Positions 51,201-64,000 of a DNA stretch of 64,000 bases are shown in pieces; positions within the stretch are counted from its first letter, which is position 1, and the number at the start of each line of letters is the position of its first letter. The position numbers were made by a program, and so were the translations under genes. Source of the stretch: Lingula anatina (lineage: Eukaryota > Animalia > Brachiopoda); NCBI GenBank assembly GCA_051362555.1, contig CM120644.1, forward strand, positions 10,562,567 to 10,626,566. The letters run 5' to 3'. The notes under the pieces are model-generated. The model was not told the DNA's origin. It saw only the letters and a list, made by a program, of their open reading frames with translations, and searched no databases.

Positions 51201-54200
51201 CCACATCCCTACTCTCAAACGGCGTACTTACAGATGCCCCGAAGAACTCTAGCTTCATCAGTTCCTGATTGAGAATTTCTGTGACGTAATCCAGATCTTC
51301 ATAGGTGAAATTTTCCAACACACTCTTTGGAATTCTGTCCAGAGAGCCGTTTATAGCGAGGGCAGCGGCCCACACGGCATCATAAGCGACTTGGAAGTAG
51401 AGAGGCTTGATGTAGGGGTACTGGGCCCATGACTGCTCCTGCATCTCTTGCCAAATGCGATGGGGGTCCTGAAAAGGTCACATTGTTGATAAAATTAGCT
51501 TGAACATCTAGCATATAACTGTTCCTATAAGCATGCACATTACTGGTATAACAATTATCAGGACACACCGTAGGCAACGTCAAAGTAGGGAAGCTACTAG
51601 CATGCTTACCCGTCCTGAAATCGCCATATGGAACTGTTGCTCTAGCTCGTAGGCCTCAAATGCATCCATTCTGAAGGTCTGGAAGGAAGACTCCATGGCG
51701 GTAACGATCTCGTCCACGGTACAGCGGGTAAAGTTGAGGGCGCTCAGCTCCATGGAGTGCGACCAGTAATTACGAACCTCTTGAATGGCTGATATCCACA
51801 CGTAGTCCTTGCCGTACAGACCGTGTTTATAAGCCTGGGATTAAATATAGGATGATAAATAAGGTATGATGCCATTGATACATCGTTATGTTCGTTATTT
51901 TATAGCTTTTAAATAAAAATTTAAATATCGAATGTCAAATTAAGAGTTTTGACTAATATGAAAATAGATTAGAATACAATTTACAAGATATCTTTTCTGA
52001 AATTCTTTTAAATTATCTTTATCGAACCATCCTCCGTTTTCCGACAGAAAAAAAAATCAGGTGCCCATCAATGTTAACTCAACAAGGCCTCCGTCCGTCT
52101 TTGAACTTGATAATAATCCAGTGCGGTTTTATTACTCTTTACAGTGGCTTTGATCTTCTTCTGGCAAAGTATTTTCATAATCCATTTGCATGTACGTTGT
52201 ATTATAGTAACGTTTGAAGTAAAAAAAAAAAAACGATCTGTGCTCTCAGAATATGCCGTAGTTAATTACCTGGCAGAAAACTTCCACCATTTCTATACCG
52301 TCAGCCGAGGAGTGGTGCAAGATGATTTTGGCCCCTGATTCCTACAACACAAATAATGACATCAGTGATAATAATAATGTTTATTAAGTCAGATAAATAC
52401 AAATAAAAAAAGCTGGAAATTTGTCGCTACCCCAAATTTAAACGTTATCTTTATAAAATGATATAAAAGATAAAAATTTAGGTATTTAAAATAAAGAAAA
52501 GATACTCCATGTGGTTAATTTCCGTGAACACAAGGGGGTTCAAACTAACTATCGCCTCCCCATGTCTGAGCAATAAAAATAAATTTACTGCCAATAAGCA
52601 TGATTCTCATCCGAAGAAATTCTAGCCCATTTAAAAAGAGCACTGATTATGCATTACCTTAATTTTCGCCATTTGTTTGTCGATGTCGTTTGCCTTGAAG
52701 AACAGTGACTGTACGACGTCGATGTTTTCTTCTCTGAGTTGTGTCTCCAACTGGGAACCAATCTGGACCAAATGGATATTAATCATTAAGGCTCTGTTCT
52801 CACAACTTTTAGATCGATCTATCACCGCGGGGAGTCTCACTAGATTACTGTCAGATAATCCCCCTTAAGTGTCCGTCCCCGCCTACTACAAGCTTTAAGG
52901 AGTAATTAACTTTCGTGTCCGTCCGGCTGACAGCTATTTAGCGTGAACCCCCAGGGAGTTAGGTCGATCCAATGTAGGTCGATCTAATCTATGAGAATGG
53001 GGTGTAACTCTTTGAAAAACATGGTATACCGTATGCAATGTTCAGTAAAAGGAAAAGGAGAAATACAGACTGGCTGAAAAGTGTGTTAGCTGTGACTGAG
53101 AATGCAACTGCGTTTTACCGGCTGATAGGAGTACAAAAAGTACGAAGCATATAGTACGAAGCATACAAAAAGTAAGAAGCATATAGTCTGTCACTCAATC
53201 ATACTACGGTATATTAAAGTTGCCCATGTAGAAACCTGAGGACAGACACTGTAAAGTTGAGGGCGCTCAGCTCCATGGTGACCTATCTCACCTTCTTAAA
53301 TGGTCCATAGTCAGCATTAAAGAGAGCCACTCTGTCCCAGCCAAAGTGCTTGATCAAGTCCACTTCCATGGTAGTGGTGTCGGCCAAGTCGCCTATGGTC
53401 CGGTAAAAATAAGGAAAGCGTTCTCGCTCGGACAATACGGGTGAGGCACTACCTGTGGCTATCTGGAACGTGAAAGTAGCAGGGGTCGATTGCAATTAAG
53501 AGACGAAGGATTTGAGGTAGTTTGAGGTAATTTTCGCGTTTGTAGTGAGAGATTTTCATAAAACCATGATAAATACATCACATTTACTGAAGAGAAAAGG
53601 TTAACTACATAAGGTTATAGTATCCGTATGTCCGTATCCGTATGTCTTTTGTAAACAAACTATGTTACATAAGCTATATCCTGATGATTATCGCTATTTG
53701 ACTTGTTTTTGCTATAAAAAAATGATCCACTTCCCACTTTTTTTATTCAGCTTGCAAGCGCCCCTACAATTTATGTCTAACCCGTATAATTTAAGCGTCC
53801 ACTTTCTTTTCTATAAAATTACCCGCTAACATTAAACTCCCTTTTATATGGGAGTAATCTATTCCATCTCAGCCCCCCATAGTCTTTGACTCACCTGTAT
53901 CATTTTTAACGTTCCAGTTATTTCAGCAGTAACTTCTGTCTCCGTCCAGCTTCCCTCGTGGAGAAGCATCATGACGGGTGGATCCGCCACAGACGTCATC
54001 AGCTCGTGAAGTTGATCGACAGCCACACCCACGTGATACAGTAACATGTCGTATGTGATCTGAAAATATACAAAAAAAACACGTGGTCTGACTAATTATT
54101 TGTTTTTTTTTAATGAAAAAGATATTGAATATGTATGAAAATTCTAGTAGTTGATGCCCGAGAGCCAAAATACTGTTATTTTAAATATTTGTTTAAAAGT

Positions 54201-57200
54201 TGGTAGGGTCACTGTTTTAATTAGACAAAAGGGGAGGGGGTTGCGTTTGAACGAATCGCTCCTTTGGTCATAAAAGGTCCGTTCTAAATCAAAATTTGAT
54301 CCAGGTTTCTTGACATTTCACAACCTGGCTCGATCCACTAAGGTGTGCAAAGATCCGCATTTCCAGAAAAAGCCTATTACTGACTATTACGGACTACGGG
54401 CCCGTCAAGTAACAATCTGTGAAGAAGAAATGATGTTGAAGTTGTTTGTTTACATTATTTTATATGCATGAATGTTTCTAAGTAATGCAAATTTGGATTA
54501 AGAAGCTGAAGCTTGTTCCTTCAGCGTCGGTCCTGCAGCACATTTCTTACTTTTTTATATTCAGTCAAGCCAAATAGCTTGTCAAATGAATGGGTATTGT
54601 AAGATTTTACCTGCGGTGTAGCTTTGTGTGTATCTTAATTATATTTGCTTTTAAATTTCCTGAAGTCACCCCCGTCCCGTTATACCAATTAGTATAAATC
54701 AAGTTTATATGCCCCGTTGACATGTATAACGAGAACATCGGTGAGTGGTGAGAAGTGAAGCCCCGCTGTAGTAACACAAAAATATTTCCCGATTAAAAAG
54801 TACATAGACACTTTCTTAGGGATCTTTAGACCAATAGTTGGTATTCGCTATAAGACTATCATTTAGTCTACTGGGATGCTGACCCAAAATATATCAGCAC
54901 AATGGTCTGAAATGAAACGTTTGTGCATACTTTATGAAAAACAAAATAAAGCTAGGATTTTACACGATAAGTACGTTCATTAAGTTGACTACTGTAGATT
55001 TATACTCTTTTAAAGAAGGTCCAAACGTTTGGCCTAAAAATAAAGCCCAATTTTTGATGGTAAATTCTTTGGTGAATCTGCCGGTAGATTAAATGGTCGA
55101 TCAATTCTGGAGAACTTCTTGGAATCCATGTAGTTTCATGAACATAGTCGGCAATTGGATTAGAAAACGTTTTTATCAACAATATTAGCTTATATATTTT
55201 CTACATAAGCAAAGTTTCCATCTAGGCTATAGCTACATGTATCAGTATTTGAAAGGTATTGCTATCTGTATCACTTTGGTCAGTGTGTGTTCGTGGGGGG
55301 GGGGGGGGGGGGGGGGGGGGGGGTAAGGTCAACACGTGGGTTAAAACAAGTGATGACGTCTTACGACACGTGATATATAGGATGTCTACACGTGACATAT
55401 CGGACTTCATGTCACCATGACCTGCCTAAAACTAAAGTGTCGCTCTGCCATATATTATATATTGGTATGGTTTGAAGAGCGTGTAAATCAACTAAAACTT
55501 CATGTATCGGCCTGTATTATTACAATCAAAAATATAATAATTTTTACCACTGCATAGGCGCTTAATTGTCTGACATGTGCCAGGTATATCAAAGTTTGTT
55601 GATATGCATCTCCAGTAACTCAGACGCATATTTCTATATCAAAGCCATAATTCAAATGCTTGGCAGCCTATAACTTAAAATATATGCATCTCGCCTGATG
55701 TGAATATTAATAATTTTTATACATTTATTTGTATATAAATATTTGACTTTAATCTTTATCTGAGAATGCTGGCTATGCATTGATACGTCCTAGAATTAAG
55801 TTTTTATGGATACCTTACACTAAGATACCGGTATACTGACATGATAACTAAGGTGTTCCTACAATTGCAAGACATACGTTTGCTCAGCCACGTGTGATAA
55901 GGCAGTATGGTATTGTTGCAAACAGTCTGTTGACTTGTTAACCTCAGTTTGTTTTCTTTACGTGTGTACTACAGTGCGGTGACTGGTGTGCCCAAAGTTT
56001 GTCTCAGGCGAACATGCATTGTTTGGGCAGAAGCGCTGAGCGGCCTTTGTGTTCTTTGTGTTAGTCTTTTAGATAACAAAGCGTACTAAGTGTTTTCATG
56101 TTGAATAAAACGCTGCTATGTCTTTTTCTCCTAAACTACAGGTTCAAACATTAGGCACAACAGTGACAATGCTGGGAATCAGTTTAACCAGAAAGACTAG
56201 GTACATGTTATAGCCAGATGCTTTGCGATGCGAATTATAGGTGTCTGTATTAATTAAGGCCATCAAAAGAGTAAAGACATGACTTTCGGAATAATTTTCG
56301 GAATTCTGATTTGGAGTTCAAGGTTGTTTCCCCGACGTCGCTGTTTGATACACACACCATGCTATTATCCTAGAGCAATATATCTTAGTTTAATCAGGTT
56401 TCGTGACTGTCACTATAACAATCTGAAAAATCTTGACAAACATATTCTTATCTCTCACGCATACACCATCAGCGTGCGAAACTATACATCTCCATCTGCC
56501 ATCCGCTAAAATAGTACATGCGACTTCCGTAACGGGAAGTGGTAGTTCCCACATATAGGACCTAAAATCCTAGGTCACATGTAGGACTTGCACAGCGTTT
56601 CGTGCTGAGGAAAATGCTTGTAACGGAAAGGTGGGGGTGGGGGGAGTTCTTGACGGCCTTCTATTTCGATGGAAATTTTTATCGCCTGTCGTACTTGAAG
56701 GCCTACATGTTCTCATCTATACGCCTCATGAAGGACAGACAAAGACACCAGATAGACTGTGAGAAAGGATAGGTAGGCCTATAAGGAGAGATCCAAAATA
56801 ATATTTTTCAAAAAGCTCTAAAAGACAACTACCCAATTGCCCCCCTCCCTCCGTAGCCCACCGTCCTGGCATTAAACAATGAATACGCCACAAGTCCACA
56901 ATACTGTTTACGGATATACCAGCACATGTCTTGACTGGGTTCCCATATCTAGATCGATCTAAAAGGATCGATCCTTCTTTGCTTTTAGCTTAAGCGGCCT
57001 AGATGTCGTGCACGCCTACTGAAGCTGCGAAACGAAAATTAATTACCCCTAGCAGCCTCAGTAGGCGTGACAGTCATCTAAGCCTCTTAAGTTGATTGTA
57101 ACTTAGCGAGAATCCCTTTGGATCCACAGTTAGTACGATAGGGTCTGGGAATGGTCCCTTCATTGCCCCCCCTCCCCCCCCCCCCCCCCACACACACACA

Positions 57201-59100
57201 CACACACACAGATCATCAAAACAGAATCAAAGTAAAGCGAATGAAATATCGGCTGGTATAAATATATTTTCCTTAATTAACAGTTATATTTTACACAAAA
57301 AGTCAGTACCAGATCGTTTCATCCAGCTTTAAATGTCTTTCCACGGTAGATACATGTACAATATATGGGCATTTGGTCAGTCTTTTTTTTTTTTTTTTTC
57401 AATTTATTGACGGGTTGTAATTGTCAACAGTGGATAATCTAACACACCCATGTGCACTGTTGACTCAACAGGATATGCAAATCACATGCCACTTATCAAT
57501 GATTAGATGTCAATTACGCCTGGGTAGGCGGAGCTGGGGAGACCGTAAGTGACCCATGGTATGTGAAACTAGGTCCCGAGCTGTGCTTCCTTGGTCCCAG
57601 TGCTCTTTATTTAAAAGTTCTTAATTTTACGTCAAACACGTATTTTCTAATCTAACTAAGTTTATCAATTAATTATTTTGAAAACAAGTTGCAAGAACAG
57701 GTACGAACAGATAACATATAAGTACTGTTTTTACCGATATTACACAGGATTTCACAGGAAATCTTGCTCATCTGAATATCGTTTGAAATCAACTTCATAC
57801 GACAGTTACACGGCAGATTATCACGATCCCGGAGATAGCTGTTCCTCTGGAAGTTGATAACCCTGCTACGGCCCCCCTGAACTGCGTGGGTACCACGCAC
57901 CCTCAGACACAGAACATGGAGGGCAGGTTTTATATCTTTGATCAGTATTTAAAAGATGTAGAGCTTTAATCGCGTTTTAGATCGAGATTTAAGGAGGTTA
58001 GTCACCAGATGCTAACGGTACCATAGGTAATGCTGAGTATGTTAAGTAGGCCTAAATGTTTATAAGTAAAATTATTAGAGGCTCATTTTCGCAGGTAAAC
58101 TAATTTTTTATAACTCTGGCAACGCAGTTTTATCTTGCTTTCTTATATAAACATTAACTGCAAGTTGTTTTTATGTATTTGTACTTTGGCATACGCCTTT
58201 CAGTAACCAAATGTGTGATGCATTCGTGTCCATACCCTGTGCTTCTAAAAGTAATTAAATCATAGGTACACAGGGGCGGATTCAGATATATTTTTTGACA
58301 GTCTTCCAAATTATCTTTGTTGATCCGTTCCTCATTTTTGACCGTCTTCCGACAGAAAAAATTGGATACCCATCAATGTAAACTTGAAAATCTGACCGTC
58401 TTCAGGAAGACCCAGAAGACGCCCTAAATCCGCCCCTGGTACATGTCTGTTTTAATACGCATGCAATCTGCAATCAGTATTTTGTCACCGTGTGCGTCCT
58501 GTGGTATAATATATCCTAGGGCCTACATGTAGGTGCCGATTGAAGTTGTTCCTCTTGTTTTTTACCATAACACTTTGATCAGTGTTATTTTGCATATGCC
58601 AAAATGTATAATATCGATTGTAACAATAATAGCCTACAAGTAGACGCATGTGCGGTTATAACACTGTATACATGTACCGGTACAATATTATTACAGTTTA
58701 TACATATATAATTATTCCACCATTCCAGTTTACACTATTTATAAAGTATAGTATTTTATCCCACGATCTGAAAAATTACGTATCAAAATATATGTAAAAG
58801 TATCAATTAATATGTATCAAAGTGTATCATTAACTATAACTGATTAGTTCCACCTACCGTCGTATTCTTCATGATCATCTTCAAGGTATAGCCGGGCAGC
58901 ATGCTAGGGTTCTCGTTAATGTGTTCCATGGCCATCAGGGCCGGACCATGCATCAGTCCATAGTGACCAGCGTCCAGGGGCATTAAGCCTCCCAAGTAGA
59001 TGTCCGTTGTCGCACAGACGACGAGAAAGGAGAGAAAAAGACAGCTGGACAGCCATGTTGCTTTAACGTTAGACATTCTGTTTGGTTTAAAGTTCCACAT
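47793..59100 (-). CDS. GABA-B-receptor-like class C GPCR. Exons: 59100(or 59076)-58858, 54059-53895, 53462-53292, 52762-52658, 52341-52270, 51834-51610, 51468-51232, 50979-50916, 50737-50648, 50356-50206, 49713-49485, 49135-49010, 48746-48607, 48429-48234, 48017-47793
   Basis: Signal peptide then IYLGGLMP, MEHINENPSMLPGYTL, SASPVLSERERFPYFYRT, HFGWDRVA, AYKHGLYGKDYVWI, AYDAVWAAALA, GPVSF; 7TM with GFTLCYGTMLVKMW, WQLTDPL, KGLMLL, LILVPK; no Cys-rich domain. Confidence 0.9.
56990..57090. repeat. Imperfect inverted repeat (probable MITE core)
   Basis: ttaagcggcctagatg..cacgcctactgaagctgc vs gcagcctcagtaggcgtg..catctaagcctcttaa. Confidence 0.6.
58271..58438. mobile_element. MITE with CAGGGGCGGATT termini
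   Basis: TIR caggggcggatt / aatccgcccctg, GTACA on both sides; decayed relative at ~52000-52080. Confidence 0.7.
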
Positions 59101-61679
59101 AGAATGATCTCTAGAAAGTTGTCTTGAAAAGTGTCTCTCGAAATATCACACTGCGGGTCTGACAATCTATTTGAGGAGCGCCCAGAACATTTGTTTATGT
59201 TCCGCTTCTCTTCCGTTATGCCACTACTTACAGCGGTAAAATCTTGACACAAATTGATGTAATCACGCAAAACAGCGCAATGTATTTGCAGAGACACACC
59301 AACAAACGCGCTAACCCGCAGAGCAGTTATTGAATGCAGATCCCAGCTTCTTAAACAAGAGCAAGGAATGCAACGGTCTTGACCGGTTACTTAACTGTGA
59401 GAAAATAGGTGGGATGAGAGTAAGACTTAACCAGGCGTTCATATCTCATAAATCCACAATTAAGGGGTAGCGGCGCGGGGCCGTTTTAATAGCCACGTAT
59501 CTTTTTTGTCTGCATATCTTATTAAGTGACAGGTAGGGGAAACTATGATAACCGGTGACAACTGGTAGGTATCGGTATCTGATTCGGCATTCTGTCGGTA
59601 CGGGAAACGTGAATCTTTGTGCTAATTGGGATTAAGTGTTGAAATTTGTTGAAAATAATCGCGACCTACGTCATTTTTGCACAGGACAGACGGGGACCAG
59701 GACAGACGGGGCATAATTTAAGTCATAAGAAGACCAGATATTATAACTCCCCTCTCTGAGTTTGTATATGGGAAAATCACATGTGAAACAAGCTGTGACA
59801 GCGACAGTCGGTCTCAAACAGAGGAAGTGTCGGAATTGTCGCGTCTCCAGATTTAAGATAGTGAAGTGAAATACAAGAGCTCTGCAAAGTTTTATTTTGG
59901 CTTCCGTCTGTTTCTTAAGAGGCACACCGCTTGCATTCACGTGTTCGCCTACTTCTAGGAAGTTCTCTTTCCCCTGGTAAATCAGTACCCAGGCAAAACT
60001 AGTAGTTTTTTATTTTTTTATTCTATTTTTTATTATTTTATTTTATTTTAAATACTGATTTCATTTTAAGCCTCTCCTGAAATTTAACAGCAGCAGGGAT
60101 GAGTTCGACACTATAGACCACTTTTCTGGACAATGTGTGATTACGCCTATTCTAACCACTCAATTTCCATAACGGTTTATTACACGTTCTTTAAACATCT
60201 TGACAAGCAGTTGTAATTTCCCTATCAGAAAGTTAATCGCTTCATTTTTTAAGCATTTTAAGCATACCAAGCTGATATAAGCACAGAGGTCACTATAAAA
60301 TCATCTGAAAAATAATTTATCAAACCACGTGGACTTGAGATAAGTATCTAGACAAGTTTATATGTTTTTAAATGTGACAATACACCGCACCGTACGTATC
60401 AATCCTCTTTTGTTTTCACAGCTAAAATGCCGCTCCTAAAATGAAGGCAGTGAGAATAAAAGATAACGGGTTTAGGCTTGCAAATGGTGTTATTAAACTA
60501 ATAGCACGTCTTGCCTGAGAAACTTTGATAGAGGCAAGCACAGTCCTGAAAAGTAGTAATTTCATACACCATGTATTCTGCATAATTGAAACATCAATGA
60601 CACACTGCAGGACCATGTGTGTGAAATGGAAATATGTCAGCACAAACACGTTATTTTTGGGTTCATTCACTACCGTTTATATGAAATATATATTTTGATT
60701 CTGATTAGCCAGACTCTATATACCTAGAAAATTTGGAAAGTTTGATCTATGCGCCGCAATGAAAACATGGATTCTGTGTATTAGTTGTTAACTGCAACTT
60801 CATTTGATGTCTGTTAAATATTCGACTGTTTCTTCAGTATTATTATTTTTCAAATCAATTTTGAAGAAGAGTAGGTGTGGGCATTCCTGCAGGAGTGAGC
60901 ATTCACTGAGGCAATACTTGTAAAAAGAGGTGAAAAATTTGCGAGTAGATAACATGAAAATCACGTTCTTTAACTGGTGCATTATTATTGCGACAGAGAT
61001 GTTCTAAACGTCGCTCCTGTTCCGTACATTACTGTATAATGTACATGATCTTAAAAAGTGATCTAATCGAACAGACTCGGGTGTTTCCGTACATCCTTAA
61101 TTGGCCAATTAGATTTAAAGATTCGGAGACGATATCATTAATATTAAAACGAGGGGTTCAGATTTTAATGGTCCGTTGTTAGCATCTGGTGACTTCTCAT
61201 CCAGCTTGGGTCTTTCATCTTTTAGATTATTAATAAGAACCGCTTTCTATATGTTCTATATAACATATATATATGTACTGGCAATGAGGTTCAAAGCTGT
61301 GATGAATTCCGTGCATATTTTCTTCTTTTAGAATGAATTAAACACAAGAAATGAACATATTTTTCATTTTCTAATCTTTAAATTGTTGTACAGCATATTG
61401 CGACAACGAAAAGGCAAAGCAAAGAAGAAACTCAAAACTTCCTCAACAGTTTCAATAATAAACTGTATAAACGCTTGTTTAAGTCCAGTTCTCAGCTGAT
61501 TTATGCCATTGTTGAAGATATGACACAACCCAAAGAAAATCTGTTGAATGAAAATTCACATATAAGGTGTTTGCCTGTCATGTAGGTAATAAAACAACAT
61601 AAATGTCCCTGGAATATTGTCACTCTTACAGCATACAGCGTCCATGGCGTCTTTCTGTCCTCTGCGTCTGCTCAGAACA

Positions 61680-63845
61680 CTATACCGCACTAGGGTTGCT
61701 GTACTGGTCAGGATTTGGGGAGGGGACGTCTTCCCGGCCGTATAACCTGCTGACGTCGTACTCGCCGAGGTCCACGTCGTAGAAAACAATCTGAAATGAT
61801 GTTAAACAGTGATGTTTATTAGTTATGTTTTCTTGTTGTGCATATTGAGACATTGGTAAGGACATAGTACGTGTGGGTGCGTGTGCGTTTTAATTGCATA
61901 TATGCATGAGCACACGCGTGTTTGTTTAGGTGTTAAATTCAAGCTGCTGTGTTTGTGAGTTTTATTTGTGTGTGCGCGCGCGTGCTATTACTATTACAAC
62001 TTATATAACAGTTTTTATACGCGTTTTCTTGCTTGATAAGTTTTGGGTCTATCCCATAATTGGTTTGGTATCTTGGCAATTGAAAATAACCTTTTTATTT
62101 CAAATCGAGAAGGTGCACGGGAATTGTGTTGTCTGAAATCGTCCAATTTTCTTTGATTTTCAATGTACATCAATTTCAAACAAAACCAAATCTTCTCCAG
62201 TTCCAAAGAAAAAAAATAATGCAAGGGTTTTCATTCGACCAATTAGGTGGCTAAAGCCAAACTAGGAAAGCCTATGTAAAAAGCAAATGTTACGGATAGG
62301 GAAATTGCTGATGAGTATCAGAAAATTATGAAGGGTGTAAGTTTTCTTTTTTCTTCTTTATTTACTTATTTTTCGTAAAGCAAAATCTACAAAAGGTCAA
62401 TTTTTTATTTCAAAAATCAAAATCAAAAAGAGTTAAAACATTTAGTAGAAAAATACTTACATTATCCATTAGCCCTTTGAAGTAAGTATCTCTAAAGTTC
62501 CCTGTGACGTCAGCGTAACGATCAACTCCAATCACCATAGGTGAGTCCTTCATTTGTCTGGGCTGGCCTGTAACGAAATTATCACTTTGTTCTCTTAGTT
62601 TCCATATACCTTAATGGAGTTTCTTCAACCAACACATTTATCAATATCTGTCAAGTCGCACTATTTAAGATTGAAACTACAGGTGATGATTTAGCCTCCA
62701 CCTGAGAAATGCATTCAAAATACAATTTTTATAAAAGCTTCAGTTTCTGATGTGGGTGAATTGATTGACAACATAACAGTATCATACCTAATCAGCTGCT
62801 GATTAAAGAAACTATTAAAAACCAAGTCTGCGAAACAACCGATGAATCAATATTTTTAGTCTGATGAATAAATGCTATTATTTGTAACAAGTCTTTACTT
62901 CGTTACAGTAGAAACGCAGAGTAAAGTTGTAAGCTGAGCACGCATGCACATGGTAACATCGGTGCTGTCTTACCATCCATGTTAATTTTCACTCTCTCGG
63001 CTCCGTTGATGTAGATGAGCAGTGTGCTGCCATTACATGCCATGACAACGTGATGCCATATGCCATCATCTAACCGTGAGTCAGCCTGAAGTAATGTAAG
63101 ATACTTGTTTAATGATGTTGAGTTATGAAAAGAATCATATTCTTGTTTTTTTTTCCGAAAAATATTGGCAAATTTATGCCATGTGTTTTAAATGCACATG
63201 TATTAAACCCGAGTTACAACATCGATTGATTTTCTAGCAGAGAGAGAGAGAGAGGGTCTCTGCCTTATGGGCATTAAACCTCCATCTCTCTCCTTCCAAA
63301 ATGTCTCTTTTTTTTTCTACATTCATTCGCAGTACATGACTCACCTTGGTACCATCAATATAAAAGGTATATTCAGAGTTGTTGGTCATTATGGAGCCAC
63401 CAAGACCGTTCACTTCTGAATATATCTGCACAGACGGGGCGGTTGTGGCACGCCCGTTGTTCACGAGCCCCATGCGCCATCCTCCCGTGGCGTCGCGGAG
63501 GTAAAAGAAGGCGATCGTGAAGCGTTTGAATGCTCTGTTCATGAAGTGGGGAATCTCCAAGTGACCGGCCAGAAACCTGTGAAAAATAATCTCTTAAATT
63601 AGTTACTTTAATCTTTAATATTTTAAGCTTGTTTGGCGTTTGTCTCGATATTAGTCATTCGTGGTGTTAATTCTGCAAGGTAGTTACATTCAACGCAACC
63701 TCTGACATGCAAATGTACTGCTATGCACATGTCTGGGGTACACTGTAGTAGGTGAAAGAACTTAAATTACATCATCAATATGTAAAAATTACGACTATCT
63801 GTATTATGCAAATTTTAATTATAATTTCTGTTATTATTATTATGA

Positions 63846-63888
<43 letters not shown>

Positions 63889-64000
63889 ATTATTATTAGG
63901 CGTACCTGCAGCTTGTTTCCCCTGCCTGTGCGTTGTAGTCCTCCAAGGAGACATTGCCGTAAACACCCACCCAAACCTTACTAGACTCTGTCACGGTGCC
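61680..64000 (-). CDS. 3' part of a LamG/concanavalin-A-fold protein, Pif/BMSP-like C-terminal domain (exons >64000-63906, 63576-63345, 63085-62974, 62567-62461, 61790-61680)
   Basis: Phases consistent; GHLEIPHFMNRAFKRFTIAFFY, GLVNNG, DGIWHHVVMACNGSTLLIYING, PMVIG, FKGLMDNIVFY. Confidence 0.82.

Overview
Intron-rich, AT-rich animal genomic DNA, probably from a marine invertebrate. It contains: (i) two tandem copies of a secreted Cys-rich somatomedin-B-like gene, the first with a GPI-type tail and the second broken at ~13592; (ii) two intact 14-exon TTLL4-family ATP-grasp ligase paralogs on the minus strand, plus a one-exon relic of a third; (iii) a secreted single-ChtBD2 chitin-binding protein; (iv) a 15-exon GABA-B-like class C GPCR; (v) the 3' part of a LamG/Pif-like gene. 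Transposon relics include Tc1, CACTA-like, AcademH/RecQ, L2, Helentron-like, Penelope and hAT-type MITEs. The most striking observation is that both TTLL4-like paralogs begin with a dedicated signal-peptide-like exon followed by a two-Cys linker. They keep the ATP/Mg catalytic motifs but have changed residues at the donor/acceptor specificity positions. This suggests a secreted or luminal peptide ligase derived from a cytosolic tubulin glutamylase, located next to chitin-matrix-type genes. All gene models were spliced by eye and family motifs were recalled from memory; no searches were run.
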